Shown: positions 49,965 to 64,000 of the stretch, piece after piece
Layout: the number at the start of each line of letters is the position of its first letter
Numbering within the stretch: the stretch's first letter is position 1
Assembly (NCBI RefSeq): GCF_964204645.1
Contig: NC_134033.1
Coordinates: 1,074,131 to 1,138,130, forward strand
Source: Tubulanus polymorphus
Lineage: Eukaryota > Animalia > Nemertea
Direction: 5' to 3'
DNA length: 64,000 nucleotides
Position numbers and translations under genes: made by a program
Notes under the pieces: model-generated
Databases searched by the model: none
Told to the model about the DNA's origin: nothing
What the model saw: the letters and a program-made list of their open reading frames with translations, nothing else

Positions 49965-50710
49965 CTTTTCAGCTCTCCATTGTCGGTCACATGCCGAGAA
50001 CACCAGACAATGAGCCAGCCAGGAATATACTGCCCTCTACACGCCCTCACACAGAACGCGAAAACCAGAATGACAACGCCTCACATTCCCCATCTAACTG
50101 CAGGATGTACTGGGCGACGTCAGTAACTGACACACCTGTAAAATTGCACGAAACACAAATAGCGCAGTACAACCAGCTTGCCCGGGTTGAGATTCAGGAT
50201 CTCAACTAGCACTCAAAAGCGTGACAAGAGACTTCATCCACTGACCGAGGTTGTCACAAGGACACAATGAAACTAGCACTCACAAGCCGACAAGAGACTT
50301 CATCCACTGACCGGGGTTGTCACAAGGACACAATGAAAACTAGCAATCAAACTAGAAATCAAAGAGCGTGACAGTAGAATCATCCCTCAGCCGACTCAGA
50401 ATACCAGAAACAAAGAGCGTGACAGTAGAATCATCCCTCATCCGGGCGGTCACAAGGACACAATGAATGCTAGTAGCGTGACAATCCAGTATAACCGCTC
50501 CATTTGTATCCCGCGCAATCCCACAGATATGCCCGTCATTGACGTCACCTAGCACACTCTGTTGATAGGTGGGGAGAGTAAGGCCTCGTCATCCTGGTTT
50601 TCGTGTTCCGTATGAGAGCGTGTAGAGGGCAGCCATTTCCTGACCGACTCTTTGTCTGACATCCTCGACACATGACCGGCGAAGGAGAGCCGACGCTTTC
50701 GGAGATTAGT
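49965..50710. mobile_element. Two inverted relics of a non-LTR retrotransposon C-terminus flanking a ~67-bp tandem array
   Basis: Minus: RKRRLSFAGHVSRMSDKESVRKWLPSTRSHTEHENQ; plus: QLSIVGHMPRTPDNEPARNILPSTRPHTERENQ; RRLxxxGHxxRM motif typical of RTE-like ORF ends. Confidence 0.55.
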
Positions 50711-52766
50711 TTTGTTCCTGCAAACGTTGAAAATCGACAGAGAAATCGGCCCTGAAAAATAAAACGGATTAATCCCTGAAAAATAGAACGGATTAATAAA
50801 CACAGAACAGTACAGGACAGTACAGAGACGAACAGTAACACATAAAACATAAAGACGTCGTTCCTCAGGAAGCAGGAACAGGAGCAGGAGCGGGAGCGCA
50901 GCGAAAATCGCCAGGAGAATCCACGGTAGCATGTTCACAGTGTGAGTGTGCAGAGGTGAATGAGGCCTATGCTTGTGTACACCGTGGTCAGCCGGTTTCG
51001 TATTCAGTGGCGCGTATGAATGATATGAACAACTCTGAAAAGCCGCAATTGTGTCTCAATTGTTGAATGGGTTTACATTATGAAAGGTTCCACCGCTGGG
51101 TTGAATACACGCCAGTAGTCAGCTGAACAATATAGTGGAGGAACTGAATAAGGCCATGAAATAAATTACTTGATTCCCAATAGCTACCTCCGAATTTATT
51201 GGCTGCCACCTGTTTTTATTTTCTTAAATTCTAGAATAATTTATAAATTATACCGACCGATAGTCAGTTAAAGATTCACCCCAACACAGGTCTTCATATC
51301 ATAGAAACCGCGTAAACATTTACTTATGAAATTAGTTTATTAGTCACAACTACGTTAAGGACAGTTCATGCACCCCGAGATAACTAACTCACACCATGCA
51401 CGAGGAAAGCGGTCTATTTGAGTCATTGGGGGAAACCCACTAATACCATGTATTCATGATTAATTATCATTCATACTGTTATCGCAGAATCCCGTCAATA
51501 GACAGATTTTCATTAAAAAAACTCCTTGATTCAATTGAGGGGAGACAAATTAGGCTTTTTAATTACTTGGAGCACCGATCCTCTGAAATTCTGCCAAAAA
51601 CTTCATGCTTACCACTCATAATTTGAAGAAAAAAAACAAATTGTTTTCTTTAATTTTGATACTGGATTTAACGGTACATCATCATGTAAATTTAGGAAAG
51701 TCCATATTAGAATTTCGTTTCTTGTTCCAAATTACTCTTATCCCATTTTTGATTTCGGTCAAAGAGTATGGCGGTATCAAATCATGCGTACAGGGTCAGT
51801 CTGTCCATGAGGATACTAGTAGTGATAAGTCAGACCAGTCATGATTAGGCTATAAAGCAATTCACGAAGTGACAAACTGCCACCTGCCACTTTTTTCCGC
51901 ATTAAGTGTTAAATTTTGCTTAAGCCTATAAAAATCATGTCATCATTGATGCCGGTCCTCTGATAGAAGAAAAATAAACTACTGTAGCAGAAACGTTAAT
52001 AAAGAGAAATATCATATTATTTTATGAGACATTGGAAACTCCTATGAATAACAAATAATTTGAAACAATAGGTTTGCCGACTGAAATTTGGTCCACCTTA
52101 CAGCTCCGGCGTTAGTGGGGTCAGTCAGACACTGCAACTCGCCTACGACCCTCTGTTGCCAAACAAGAAAACGATAACAAACCGATTGAAAACATTTATC
52201 ACAATAAATCTATTGTTCACAATTCAAATAATAAATACATTATTTTTCATATCAACGACGTCGGACCGAGAGAACCCTCGGGGAGAGAGGGAGGCTTAGA
52301 GAGAGAGATAGCCACGGGAAAACAGTGAAAACAGCAAAATCTGTATTTGTAACAGAAAGTCTTAGTTCCCGCTCCCCCCCTCAACGTGATGTCTAACAAA
52401 CAAATGACTTCTTTCTTACTCAACCCCCCCCCAGCGTGTCATTGACCCTACACTTTTTTCTCCAACCTCTAGAAGACCAGGAAGCCGCAATCAAACCCCC
52501 AATGACTTCTCCCCCTCTCCCCACTCTTGACCTTTCGACTCAATTCTAAGACTCGATTTCAAAACTTTCCATTTTCAAAAGATTCAGTGTTGAAAACGAC
52601 TCATAGAATTAAGTCTAAACGTCACTGCTGTCTTAGTCTTGAAACCAGCTCATGGAACCTTTCCACTTTCCCTCTCCCCTAGCCCCTCCCATATCCACCA
52701 CTCACTGTGGAAATGCATTCTAAAATCCTAATTACACTTATGAAGTCTAAATATTTATACGTTTCA

Positions 52767-55700
52767 TCAGCCTCGACGTTTTTTCTTCTCCGAATGCGGT
52801 TGATTTAGTTGTTGGTAGCTGTCGAGTAGTTCTTGTTGCGTGCTGGCGAGGGCCGGGCAGTATCGGCTGTACTCCATCGTGTATTCGCCCTTACCCTGCG
52901 TCGTCGAACGCAAGTCTGTCGCGTAGCCGAACATTTCGTTCAGCGCCACCTAGCGTGTGAAAAATTACAAATAATTACTACTAGCGATGAATCTTGAAAG
53001 CAAGGTTCGGTGGTTTCAATTCTACCAAGGGGTCATTCATTTATAATGTAAGCATTAGGGGATGGGTCGATGCAATTGCGTACTGTAATGCTTAAAATGT
53101 TTACGAAACAATGGCCGATTTTGCGTACAGAGGGGGAGGGGGTTGAAAAATTTTATGCCCATGTAATAAATGAATGATCCCCAAGCATTAAGTCACCCTT
53201 AAAATTTGCAATCAAGGAACTGGGTTCAGTCTCATGAAAAAGTTTGAAATAAAATAAGATATTTGGTTAAGTTGTTACTGCGCTTAATATCTGTTGCCTC
53301 AACCAGATTGAACGTCAATATTCTATCAATGTTGACAATTGCTTTGACATACATTGAGCTTATGTGAAAGTTAGAAGATTACACGAAAATTAAGCTTAAA
53401 TGGTCTATACTTTTTTGAGGGATCAAAAGCCTTGCTAGTTCAGCAGCCAAGATGTCATACGCTTAACAATGAATGCAGCCCCTGCATATGAAGAACGCTG
53501 AAAACTAAGGCTTCGGACTAGAGGGTTGAGTTGGGCTCAACATGGTAAGGATAAGAGTAAGCTAATGAAATATATATAATAGGGTGTCGTTGGGTAAGAG
53601 TTTTGGCATCTGGTCTTGTCTGCCCAGGCGGTTAGGGCGCTGTGCCGGGAATACTACCGTTCAGCGCGCTGTAGTTGGATAACGGAGTTAGCGAAGTGAT
53701 CGCCCTCTATTGTCGTTACCTCGCAGTAAATGGTCGAGTAGCCCTCGTTGGACTCGGTGCCGGTGATTATCGCGTGACGTTTGTTCAGTCCGGCCATCGC
53801 CGTGCTCTGATACTCGGACGGCACGGTCACCTCGACGTTCATTATCGGCTCCAAAATCTGCCATAAACCCTCCGCGTACGCTGCCCACCGGAAAAATGAA
53901 AAACAATCTTATCATTTACGGGTTTCATAAAACAGTGAAACATTGTCGCAGTTATAATGATCATTATGTCCATGAATTATGCAAATGAAGACTTAAGCTT
54001 TCCGCATATTCATAAATCCCCTGAGTTTTTTTTAGTTTTCCCTGATTTTTTCATGTGATTACACAAAATACCCCGAGTCAATCAGAGAAATGTCTAGGAA
54101 ATGTCTGAAATATTTACTATTCATTCATTTCTCATTGAATCACGTATTGATAAAGGTCAAATTACATTATCCAAATTCCTTGAAGTTTTCCGAGTTTCCT
54201 AGTCTTCCTAGTTAGTGGCCACCCTTGACACTCAGTAAGTAGCATTACAATTTAAGTTAGGGATTCAAAAATAGAGCCGACTTCAGTGTATATGCAACTT
54301 ATCGTCTGACCCTCACAAAACCAAACAATTCTTTGCCCCAGTAACACTCCCCCTTCCATCTGCTTAGTATCTCACCTTGTTTAATAGCGCCTTCTGCTGC
54401 CAACTGGAAAGAGTAATCGGACGAATCCACCGCGTGATTAGCGCCATCTTTTAGCACGAATTTAATTCCAGAGACAATATGGCCGGTTAACGCACCTTTC
54501 TCGCAAGCCTGCCGGAAACCCTGGAAAATAGATATTCAAAATCTCAGGCAGTAATCAATGATTATGGAGCATTTGTCCTCTGTTCCGTCTGTCTGCTACT
54601 GGTGCCGTCTGCTACTTGATCCATCTGCTCCTGGGTCCGTCTGCTCCTCAATCCGTCTGTTCCTGGATCTATGTGTATAGCCATGACTCGCGTCCTAAGT
54701 CAGTCTTGAATATTGAGAATGATCTCTTTGCAAGATTAAGGCAATAGAATCTAAGATGGTCTTAAATCTTAAAATCTTAGCCATGACCATGCAAAAAATG
54801 ACCTCTGGTTCCGTCTGCCCTTTGACCCTGACCTTCTCATAAGACTCACCCGCTCGATTCCGGCCATGTATTGTTTCGGGATGTTCGTACCGGTCGTCAT
54901 GTCTACGAAAACCAGTTTAGTATTCTCTTCTGGCGGCAGAACCTACAAAACAAACGCAGCGTCGTATGTGAACAAAAATAGTTTGATTATTCGAAACTTC
55001 GATGGTTTGAATTTCGTAGAAATTATCATCACCTCAATTGTTCCGACGACTCGACCGAATTGACCTTGACCTCCGCTTTGTTTCTTGTGTTGATAATCGA
55101 ATCTAGAAAGAAGCAGACAAAATTATTTACTGTAACCGGAATGACTAAAATGTACTCCAATCATATTTCTTCAAATTTCCCTAATTCTTTTTTGTTTAAT
55201 TCCTAATTTTAAGTTAAATTCATTTTCCCACATCAGTTACATGAATTCAAAATTCCAAAATATTTCATGAATGCTTTTTTCAATTTCCGCAAATGGTAAT
55301 GGGTCCTTCATTTAAGTGATCAAAAACCATCATACTACAGAGTGATTGATAAAAGTGATTTTCAAGCAAACTTGCTGAAGAAAAATGCCCTCAGGCAATT
55401 GCCATTCCTGCCAGAACTATGCTAGCCTACATGAGGTAGAAAATGAATTTCACTAATATTTCTCGTATGAGAGGAATCGCCTGAAATGGGAAATTCCCAA
55501 GTTTTACCCGATTTTCGGATACAGTCCAAAACACGTTTTAGTTAAATCCGCACGACTGCCGAACTAAAATACTCACTCGAACGTCTGCACGAGCGTTTCT
55601 CTGAACGCTACTTTCGGTTTGCCGAGCACGCACTTCGCGTTGTATTCACGCTCGAGACGCTGCGCGTAGATATCGAGGTGTAATTCGCCCATCCCCGACA

Positions 55701-58700
55701 CGATCGTCTCCTTGCTCTCCGCGTCGAAAACCATCCGGAACGTCGGGTCCTCGCGCGTGAATCGATTGACGCCCTTCGAGAATTTGTCGAGATCTTTTTT
55801 GTCGACGGGTTTTATCGACATCGAAATCACCGGCTCCGGCACGAATATCGATTCCTAAACAGCAAGCAAGAAAATATTTTTATCAAAAACTATTTTCAAT
55901 CTTGATTTTATATTTATTTTCGAGCCCCCTAAATAGATTCATTTACCGGTAAGCTTAAATTCTATTCACTTTCAACCTGAAATCTGGTGGTTAAGATCTA
56001 ATTGAATCAAAACTTGACCATTTCAAGCTTAAATTCTATACACCTTTAACTTTCAATTCTCAAGCTTAAACTGATTAAGTTTTAATTGAATTAAAAACTT
56101 GACTGTTTAAAGCTTAAATTCTAGTCACTTATAACCTTAAATTCTCAAGCTTCAACGGTTAAGATTGAATTGAATTAAAACCTAATCAAAATATTAGGCT
56201 TATTATAGAAATTCTTTTTAGTTTAAAGCTTGAATTTTCAAGCTTTGTTTTGAGCTATTTTCACTTAAACCTTAAATTTGTTTCAGATTCCAGCGTAAGA
56301 TTCCCGAGCTATGTCGATATGTGATGCGATAATACAACGTACCATAGATAAATGAGTTGCCGTTTTCGAAGTAAAGGTGTCGCCACTTGCGCAATCGATA
56401 CCGAACAACGCGCAGATATCACCGGCGTAGACTGCGTTCACTTCCTGTAAAATCGCGGAGAAATATTTCAACGACAAATTTCACGCAAATCCACTGAGTT
56501 TTCCCTGATTTTCGGTGATTACACAAATCCCCCAATAGTGAATTCAAAAAATGTCCAGGGGCCAGTTGCACAGTCGTGACTTAAGTCCAAAAGTGGTCTT
56601 AAATCTTAAGACTGGTCTTAAGTTGTTCGATTAGCTATAGAACTGAGTTGGTCTTAAACTGGTCTTAAGTCTTAGCCATGACTATGCAACCGGCCCCTGG
56701 GTTTAAAATGTTGCTATTTATTCATTTTTCATTAAATAATGTACTGATTAAGAAACATGTGTCGAATCAATATCCAAATCCCCTAAGTTTTTGCTGATTC
56801 CCTGAGAGTGAATCAGAGAAATTCCTAGGTTTAAAATGTTACAATTGATTCATTTTCCATTTAATCACGTATTGATAAAGAAACATTATCCAAAATCATC
56901 CAGTCTTCCAGGTCAGTGGCGCCACCCTGATTGAATAGCGTTTGATATTATTTGAGGGAAGGTATTACCTCCATTTCGTCGGCGTGCATACGAGCCAGAC
57001 GCGATATCTTCACTCGTTTGTGCGTTCTCGTGTTGTAGATGTAGTCGCCACGTTTCATGCAGCCCTGATAGATTCTCATGTACGTCAACTGTCCGAAACG
57101 TCCGGCCTGAAATTTGAAACATTCGACTTTTTAGAACGGTTTCTAGAAATGTGTTTATTCAACAGAACTGTTTCTAGAGGCGTGAAATATGTGTTTATTC
57201 AACTGTACCGATTCAGGCGTAGTCTACTGTGCAACTATAAACTAGACAAAAATTTCTAATTCTCTATTTCTCAAAAATTGAAGGAATTTAAAATTAGTTT
57301 TGGACATTTTGCTCAAATCAAAGGAGTTTGAAACAACTTTAAAACATTTTCCAGTTTTGAAGGAGTTTTTGAGGAATCAGGGAGTTGTAGGGACCCTTGA
57401 TGTGTTTAACTATTCACCTCTAGTTTGAACGCCAGTGAAACGAATGGATTCGAATCATCGCGAGCTGGATTCATCACTAGTTTCACCGATTCATCGCTGA
57501 AAAACAATCATATTCGAATCATCAATTTTGTCTACTCTAAAAACCCTTTTGTCTACACTTAGAACCCTTTCATCTGCTCTTAGAACTCTTCCAAAGCCCT
57601 TAGAACCCTTCCATCTGCTCCTAGAACCCTTCCGTCTGCTCTTAGAACCCTTCCATCTGCTCCTAGAACCCTTCCGTCTGCTCTTAGACCCCTGTGTGCT
57701 CTTAAAACCCTTCTAGAACCCTAAATAAAATTATTTTCTATTGATACACAAAAGCAGACTGTCTCAAGATGTTTTGGATTGGGGGGGGGGGGTGGGGGTG
57801 GGTGGGGTGGTGAATTCAACGCTGTTTTGAGTAAACAGAGATAAATAAAGTGAACTGACCCCGTTTCGTCGAGAGCGATATTCTCAACCTCCGATGGATT
57901 CGGTAAGTAGGATATAACGCCGTCCAGTAGAGGTTGGACGCCTTTATTCTTCAGCGCCGTTCCGACCATCACCGGCGTGAACGTTCGCTGGATACAAGAT
58001 CGACGAATTGCAGCCTAAAAATAAAATTGACGATTCATCAGAAATAAACTCGATTCTCCTAAAAATTCCCACTATCACGTCACGCATCTGCTTTCCACCA
58101 TTCAGAAAAGATAGCACCCTATGACATCATTTAATTGCTTACACTTAAGTCATTTGATCAAAAGACATTTTCCAGAAAAAATGGCTGCCTACATAAATCC
58201 TCCTATGACATCATCATACTGCTCACACGAAGAAGATGGAAAAGAATATGGCTGCTTCAATTTATCCCCCCAAAAAATCATGATATTACAAGGCCCCTTC
58301 CAGAATTTCTCATGATTTGATGATGTCATAGGGGGATTTACCAGAATTTCTTATGATTTGATGATGTCATAGGGGGATTTACGTAGGCTGCCATTACTTG
58401 AGAGTAGTTTTTTGTACCTGTAATTCGTCGACGCTCGGTTCTCGTTCTTCAAGGAAAACTTCACCGATTTTCTCATCGACGTTCGCGACGCATTCTTAGA
58501 AATAGAAATAAAATATTTCAAAATCAATTCAGGCGGAGCAAGAGCCCTATAGATCAGTCATTCGTGGATATAAGACGTTTTCAAGGAGTTTCAGACATAA
58601 TCTTACCGATTAATTCTTGTCGACGTTGTTCGGCGATCTCGACCATATCGCTAGGAATCTCCTTCTCCGTAACTGTTACACTATACGGGAAGAAAAAACT

Positions 58701-61382
58701 AGATAGATTAGAACCAGACAAAATACAGACTTAGTTCCATATTTTTCAGTTAAGGACCTGGAGAATTGAAATTTCATTTCTCATGTTTTGACTCTCAGGG
58801 AATCTCGGTGACACAAGGGTCTTTCAACCCTCACTTGTCAAACATTGGTCCTGACACAAACTCAAACCCAGAGAACTATGAAACTAGGTCCTGGTTCTAA
58901 CTCAAACCCAGAACTGTGAAACTTGGTCCAGACTCAAACTCAAACCCAGAACTGTACAACTAAATCCAGACTCATACTCAAACCCAGAACTGTGAAACTG
59001 GGTCCCGACTCAAACCTAGAACTGTGAAACTTGGTCCAGACTCAAACTCAAACCCAGAACTGTACAACTGAATCCAGACTCATACTCAAACCCAGAACTG
59101 TACAACTGAATCCAGACTCATACTCAAACCCAGAACTGTGAAACTTGGTCCAGACTCAAACTCAAACCCAGAACTGTACAACTGAATCCAGACTCATACT
59201 CAAACCCAGAACTGTACAACTGAATCCAGACTCATACTCAAACCCAGAACTGTGAAACTTGGTCCAGACTCAAACTCAAACCCAGAACTGTACAACTGAA
59301 TCCAGACTCAAACTCAAACCCAGAACTGTACAACTGAATCCAGACTCATACTCAAACCCAGAACTGTGAAACTGGGTCCCGACTCAAACCTAGAACTGTT
59401 AAACATACCCGCTTTGATCCTCAAAGTAAAGAGCTTTCTGTTTGATGAGGTCAACTATTCCTTTACAGTCGCTTTCTAAACCGATTGGAATATTCAAATA
59501 CGCCGCGTTGTGATACAGCTTCGATCTATCAGAACAAATTAGAAATATTACAGTTTTAGTCATTATTCAGTGGCAAGCAAGGATCCACCAGGTGTCACTA
59601 GTGTACAGTAGGACATCTACTGCTCCGGCTATTGAGGATTGTGGTGAGCATCCACTAGATGTCACTAGTGTGCAATAGGACATCAAATATCGCGACAATA
59701 AAGGATTCCACTTGTGGCAAGTGAGGATCCACCAGGTGTCGCTAGTGTGCAGTAGGATATCAACTACTGCGGTAATAGAGGATTCCGCTAGTGACAAGTG
59801 AGTATCCACTAGGTGTCGCTAGTGTGTAGTAGGACATCATACCTGAGATGATTGAGAACACGGTCGGGATTTGAACCCATGCGATCGAGTTTATTGATGA
59901 ACGCGATGCACGGCACGTTGTAGCGTTTCATCTGTCGATTTACGGTAAACGTCTGACTCTGAACGCCGCCGACCGCGCACAGCACGAGCACAGCGCCATC
60001 TAGCACGCGTAGAGCGCGTTCGACTTCGACGGTGAAATCGACGTGCCCGGGCGTGTCGATGATGTTGATATTCGTTCCCTTCCACTCGCTGTAGGTGGCC
60101 GCGGACTGGATCGTGATTCCGCGCTGACGCTCCAATTCCATAAAGTCCATCTTCGCGCCTTGTCCGTCTTTTCCCTTTACCTGAAATTAATTGTAACATT
60201 TTCGAAGTCGATGAACAAATTTAGGCGAAGTTCATTCTGTCCTACAACAAACATTTCTAATCGCCTATTTCTCAATATTGAAGCAGTTTTTAAGGAGTTT
60301 TGGGCATTTTGCTCAAATTAAAGAAGCGCCTTTCAGCACGTTTCAAACACATTTAAAAATAATTTTTCATTTAGGAGATTTTAAAATATCTAGGGTTAAG
60401 TTTTAAGAAAAAGTTTACTTTTATGTTTTCAATGAGGACAACAATTCAAACTTAACCATCTTAAGCTTAAACATTTTCATGAAACCGAGCCCTAGGCCCG
60501 GTTATACAGACTGGTATTACCTTTAAACCACGGGCTCACTCAATTGTTAATGAATTAAGTTAGCCCATAGGTTAAAGTTAATACTAGTCCATAAAACCGG
60601 GCCCAGAAGTCGTAGGGCCCCGCAACGGTTCTTATGAGAGATTAAAAAAGATTCTGAAAAGATTGAATTACTTCGTGCATTTCAGCGAGTCGTCCAGTGT
60701 AAAATAATATCCGTTCGGTCAGCGTGGTTTTACCGGAGTCGATGTGCGCCGAAATTCCGATATTGCGAATCTTTTCAACTTCCACCTGCGAAAATACCAT
60801 CAATATGCGTAAATTAAGGATAAGAATTTCAGCTTGAAAATACGAAAATAAGGTGGGGAAATTACGAACTTACTATTTTGGAATCTTTGCCAGCGATAAC
60901 ACTATAATAGGCAGCGGCATACTGATAATATATCTAACAAATATATTTTTAAAAATGGAACAATTATTAAATTTCAAGTTATGAGAAGATATTTAGGGTT
61001 TAAAGTTAAAAGGTTTTTCAGAGGAAAATGTTTAATGTTTAATTGAATTACATCAAAGAAAATTTGGCCGTTCAATTTGGAAGTTAAAATTTTTCGTGAA
61101 ATTCTATACTCTGAGTCTGAAACTGATGAAGTAGATTTTTGATAATGAAAATCATCCATTAAATAAAATTTAAAAAAGGCAAACACTGATAAACTATATC
61201 TAATAAACGTATATTACGTAAAATCAGCATGGAAACTTGGGCAATAAAATTTAATTGATTGTGGAGCCGGTGTAAATCGAACGGGTTTCTAGCGCGGTTT
61301 TAACCTGTTTTTGAGGTCTACAGACGTTGACGGCCACGAGTCGACTCAATCTGATCGTGTTCAACAATCGAGTCATCAACAT
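52767..61382 (-). CDS. GFM1: Mitochondrial translation elongation factor G1, ~753 aa, 17 exons
   Basis: Exons 61382-61305, 60933-60874, 60785-60672, 60180-59843, 59525-59409, 58680-58607, 58494-58418, 58014-57860, 57496-57418, 57106-56969, 56444-56343, 55854-55577, 55102-55033, 54942-54850, 54520-54376, 53880-53720, 52949-52767 (2262 nt, in phase). Motifs [67 protein letters not shown]. Confidence 0.96.
53030..53183. mobile_element. Short MITE in GFM1 last intron
   Basis: ggggtcattcatttat...ataaatgaatgatcccc inverted termini. Confidence 0.55.
58858..59400. repeat. ~35-bp minisatellite in a GFM1 intron
   Basis: actcaaacccagaactgt(g/a)(a/c)aact..tccagactca units. Confidence 0.9.
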
Positions 61383-61710
61383 TTTCGCCGATTTCGGTTT
61401 AAATCGCGAGAAATTCGTGAAGAAATCCGAAGCTTGTCGTAAATTCTAGAGCTTCGTGTCGACTTGCCAAGCGCGACGGGTTCCGAGCCGGCGCTGTACG
61501 ACATTTACCAAAACTCGGTGATGAAACATTGAAACAATTTAAGAATAATCTATCAAATTTAAGTAATATTTATAAAATATCACCCAAGTTTGAAAAGAAT
61601 GGAATATTTCATATAATAGTTTTATTTTCGAAATTCTGTCTTTGTTTGGGTATGAATTGTTATTTTAAGATGTTGCGTTTCATCTTATTAGTTTTAAATA
61701 TATAGGTAAG
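61383..61710. promoter_or_regulatory. GFM1 5'UTR/promoter, possibly bidirectional
   Basis: CpG-rich segment upstream of the GFM1 ATG; plus-strand donor AG|GTAAGC at ~61706 and acceptor TTTTCAG at ~62156 suggest a divergent spliced transcript. Confidence 0.35.
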
Positions 61711-62729
61711 CTAAGCCTCCCGCGCTCTGGCTCGCTCATCGTCGAGAATTTTAACTTCCTGTTTCGAGCGCCCTCTGCCGTGGTGACGACTAACTAGAAG
61801 TGATTAAGCCGAAAAAGTGCGCTCCAGAATACACCCAACTGACATTTCTAATTACCTAAACCAATTAAAACCACACAAAGTAATTAAGGCTAATTATAGC
61901 CACAAATTAAATTCTTGAATTTATTTAATTGATGTGAGGGATAAGAATTTAAGATCGCGTATAAGTCCGCGCGTAGTCCCAGCCCTGTGTGGGTAAATCG
62001 GTCTGAAATATGGATGTGAGATTTTAGGGTCTAAAATAACGATTTTCGACCCCCTGGAGCCCTAGACGAGCTTCCAAACCTAACTGGAAATAAAATCATT
62101 TCATTTTCTGTTGTTGGTGAGTTGAAATTTTTGTCTGAACCAATTTTTCTTTTCAGGATCGGTCTCAAAAACGTCTAAACATCGACAGACATCTCGGGCT
62201 GGGCCGGGTTTATCGGGGTACACCCGTCTCTTAGTCAATTAATCATTTTATAGAATATTCTAATAAAGAATTGGCCCGCTTATAATTCGACCCTGTGGTA
62301 CTGCTGCCCCTCCTCACACAGTCCCACACTAGACAAGAGAGAGAGAGGTCTAGACTACAGCAGAGACGAACACAATTGTCTTGACAACATCAATACACCC
62401 ACGTCTCACTGACATTTGTGACATTGAGTTGACAGTTTGGTCTGGGGTAGGGTCCCCCCTTCTGACGTTGGGGAAGGGTCCCTCCCTTCTGACGTTGACT
62501 CAGAGTCAGGAGTCGACTTCAGGACAAAAATTGAATTGAAGAATGAGATCAGGTGTGATGCTAGCCTCAACCTCGCGCTAGTAGGCCTATCTCTGATGAA
62601 AGGATTGTTGTGTGATTAATACAGTCTTAAAGGTTCTAGTTGAACCACCTTCTAAGAAACAACAGTTGCGTGGTTAAGAAAACTAATTTGGTACCAGACA
62701 TTCAGGTGTTAACTGGTTATGCTCAGACC

Positions 62730-63330
62730 AGACTGTTCAGTGGTTTAGGTGGATAAACTTTATCCACACAGTTCACTGGTTTAAGTGGATAAACTGTGTC
62801 CACATTGTTCAGTTGTTAAGGTGGATAAACTGTGTCCACATGTCACAGTTCACTGGTTTAAGTGGAGAAACTGGTCCACATCAATGGTTCAGTAGGTGAG
62901 GTGGATTAACTGTGTCCACACGGTTCAGTGGTTTAGGTGGATATACTGTGTCCACACGTCACAGTTCACTGGTTTAAGTGGATAAACTGTGTCCAATGGT
63001 TCAGTAGTTGAGGTGGATAAACTGTGTCCACACGGTTCAGTGGTTTAGGTGGATAAACTGTATCCACATGGTTCACTGGTTTAAGTGGATAAACCGTGTC
63101 CTCATGTAGTTAAGGTGGATAAACTGTATCCACACATCACAGTTCAGTGTTTTAGGTGGATAAACTGTGTCCACACATCACAGTTCAGTGGTTTAGGTGG
63201 ATAACCTGTGTCCTCACATCACAGTTCAGTGGTTTAGGTGGATAAACTGTATCCACACATCACAGTTCAATGGTTTAGGTGGATAAACTGTGTCCACACG
63301 GTTCAGTGGTTGTTTAGGTGGATAACTATA
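62730..63330. repeat. ~39-44 bp minisatellite
   Basis: gttcagtggtttaggtggataaactgtgtccaca units. Confidence 0.9.
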
Positions 63331-63731
63331 TCCAGATGGTATAGTAGTAATGTAGTTGGTACTGATGATGTAGTGAGTACTGTAGTACTGGTGTCTAGAG
63401 AACCGATGAGGCGTTCAGTCTCTGAGTTATTTACCCGATAAACAAGCATTCATTCATTCGTACTATTACTGCGTTCAACCATTGCGCACAAATTGTTTTC
63501 ATCAATCTCAAATTTCACTCTTCTCTCTCTCGCCTCCGTTTTAGTTCCGTGAGCTACGTCTCGAATGCCCGGAATTTACCGGGAAATAATTGTTTTATTT
63601 ACTTGCTGCTACGTTTTGATGTTATTGGAAATTCTGGGATAAGTTACTGGTTGAAGGAAGGAGGGAATATATGCCGGTGGTATAAAGCATTTATTAATAC
63701 AGGTATCAACCTGAAACCTGCGCATCTGCTC

Positions 63732-63865
63732 TAAGTGTGAAGTGTGGACGATCAGTTTTTGAAAGTGTGTTGATAAAATGTCTAATGTCTGGTGTTTGTA
63801 GTTCATTTTCAATTAAAGATGTCTCAGATGAAGCACTGAACACATGTGAAGTGTGGACGATCAGT
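63732..63865. repeat. 109-bp satellite monomer, reverse orientation
   Basis: Reverse complement of the units at 29497-30210. Confidence 0.85.
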
Positions 63866-64000
63866 TAAGTTTCGATGATCTAACCCTTACCCGGTGGTCG
63901 TCTGCCAGTGCGTCTGCTCGCCCGTTGACCCCGTGTCATCTGCTGCCAAAACTACGGTCTCACGACCCCCAAGATCGCCGTGGCAACCGTATACAATAGT

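Noticed and set aside
50260-50340. SECIS element
   Set aside because: ATGA..AA present but no complementary stem or GA quartet partner; no selenoprotein nearby.

Overview
AT-rich, repeat-dense eukaryotic genomic DNA with GT-AG introns, probably from a marine invertebrate or lophotrochozoan (taxon not determinable here). Genes reconstructed by hand: 5' part of a Na+/K+-ATPase beta subunit (-) with two candidate alternative first coding exons; a Rap2 GTPase (-); four intronless class A peptide/chemoreceptor-like GPCRs, two of them recent paralogs from a ~1.7 kb duplication; a 5-exon secreted CAP/SCP protein with a Lys-rich segment (+); a spliced Ly6/uPAR three-finger GPI-anchor-type gene missed by the ORF track (-); an LHFPL tetraspan (-); and a complete 17-exon mitochondrial EF-G1 (GFM1, -). 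Non-coding highlights: a Penelope-type inverted/direct repeat carrying three minimal hammerhead ribozyme motifs, nested in a LINE endonuclease relic; a 1.16 kb palindromic DNA transposon with an exact 8-bp TSD; piggyBac-like and Tc1/mariner-like MITEs; and many minisatellites, several apparently amplified from MITE termini. No CRISPR, rRNA or tRNA found.
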